A stretch of 64,000 bases of DNA from Lysobacterales bacterium (GTDB lineage: Bacteria; Pseudomonadota; Gammaproteobacteria; Xanthomonadales; SZUA-5): contig JALHMH010000010.1 in assembly GCA_022844165.1 (NCBI GenBank), positions 63,950 through 127,949 of the forward strand. Reading direction: 5' to 3'. Shown here in pieces: positions 62,941-64,000 of the stretch. A model generated the notes under the pieces. The model made no database searches. It was not told the origin of the DNA and worked only from the letters and a program-made list of their open reading frames with translations. Position 1 is the first letter of the stretch. Each line of letters begins with the position of its first letter. The position numbers were made by a program, and so were the translations under genes.

Positions 62941-63357
62941 CTACTGCCGCTGCGACCGCTGGTGCGCCAGAACCGTCGGTGCGTACGCCCGGTCTTCGAT
63001 TTGAATATGCGCGGTTAACCAATTCTTCAAGAAAGCATGCACATCAGCCGCCACGCCAGCCTCGCCGCTGGCCACGCGCTGGCCGAAACTTTCCAGCGTG
63101 CGACGAAAATGCTCGTGTTCGTCGTGGTGTTCGTTGAGTTGGATGTAGCGGCTGGCACGCAACAGGCTCTCTTCGTAGATGAAGTGCACCGCGACGTAAG
63201 TGCTAAGTGATTTCATGACCTGGGCCAAGGCGACTTGACCAGCGCCACGCTCCACCGCCGCATCCAAGGTGTTGATGCTGTCGATCAACATGCGATGCTG
63301 GCGGTCGATGGTGGGTATGCCCACGCTCAGTGATTCGTTCCATTCGATGGCGCTCAT
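62941..63357 (-). CDS. Bacteriohemerythrin
   Basis: W...LSVG...ID.QH, HF..EE, H...H, WL..HI...D. Confidence 0.93.
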   Translation of the reverse strand: MSAIEWNESLSVGIPTIDRQHRMLIDSINTLDAAVERGAGQVALAQVMKSLSTYVAVHFIYEESLLRASRYIQLNEHHDEHEHFRRTLESFGQRVASGEAGVAADVHAFLKNWLTAHIQIEDRAYAPTVLAHQRSQRQ

Positions 63358-63367
63358 GTCGCTCCCT

Positions 63368-63548
63368 TAGAGTCCTTGATGAAGCTGGATCTTGTCATTT
63401 GAGTCAAATTTTCGTCGGTGCGGCTTTGGCTGTTGAAGCCCCCTTGAGTACAAGGGGGCGATTGAGCGCGCAGCGCTCAATGGGGGTTTTGGCAAGTACG
63501 GTGTCTGGCGAAGCCAACAATGCTCGGCGGTCTGAGGCGAAGCCTCGC
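63368..63548 (+). repeat. Structured dispersed repeat (MITE-like), short copy
   Basis: Inverted copy of 54380-54630. Confidence 0.85.
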
Positions 63549-63788
63549 TGGATTTGCGTCAGCCACCTCGGTCAACGCGGCGCCTAGCATCGCCGGAACT
63601 CCGTCGCCACGCATTGACGATGATCAATCGTCGGAGAGTTTTGCTCCGACTCGAACGCCAACAGAAAGCGGTCTGCAGCGTGGCCGTGCATCCATCTCAG
63701 CGCATGCGCCAACGACGGGGATACAGCGTCTGCGCTTGTAGGATCGCCTCGACTGCGATAAAGGTCTTCAGGCGATCGACTTCGGAGC

Positions 63789-64000
63789 TCACGCCCATCC
63801 CCACCAGCGCATCCAACCGAGCGGATGGTGCGCGCGTGCTATGCCTGCCATCAGCAGGTAAACCGAGATGGCGGCCAGGTAACTGAAAAGACGTTGGCGC
63901 CAAACGCTGGCGCGTTTCAGCGCCAGCGAGCCGAGCACGATGTAAAACACGAGCAGCCCCAGTTTGACCGTCAACCAGTCGTGCGCAATCGGGTACATGT
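63789..64000 (-). CDS. SirB2 family membrane protein, 3' part
   Basis: WLTVKL..L..YIVLGSLALKR...A..HHPLG. Confidence 0.85.
   Translation of the reverse strand, partial: MYPIAHDWLTVKLGLLVFYIVLGSLALKRASVWRQRLFSYLAAISVYLLMAGIARAHHPLGWMRWWGWA

Noticed and set aside
63394-63407. FNR-like half site upstream of hemerythrin
   Set aside because: Only one good half site, and it lies inside the dispersed repeat

Overview
GC-rich bacterial chromosomal window, probably from a gammaproteobacterial denitrifier (Xanthomonadales-like; inferred from prfB-lysS and protein styles). Bases 1-40.9 kb are one plus-strand, tightly coupled surface-polysaccharide locus: Wzm/Wzt, about 15 glycosyltransferase genes including a STELLO/DUF288 homolog and a GT2-GT4 fusion, 2 AsnB amidotransferases, 6 methyltransferases, 4 acyltransferases (one frameshifted), a deacetylase, a Wzy/WaaL-like membrane protein, gmd-fcl, 2 galE and wecA. 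It is followed by a ~1645-aa secreted glycine-rich PorU/gingipain (C25)-like protein, an orphan FkbM gene, prfB (+1 frameshift), lysS and an RND pump. The last ~9.6 kb is bracketed by two inverted copies of a structured repeat. It holds a secreted serine hydrolase with a small secreted partner, a NirS carrying an extra cytochrome c domain and no neighbouring heme d1 genes, REP/VapC/Uma2 debris, a heme-type TonB receptor with two FNR/DNR boxes, and a hemerythrin. SirB2 lies just outside the repeat. Best leads: the nirS plus FNR/DNR-boxed heme receptor module, the PorU-like protein next to the glycan locus, and a possible AB5-like gene pair. All family calls come from motif recognition, not database searches.
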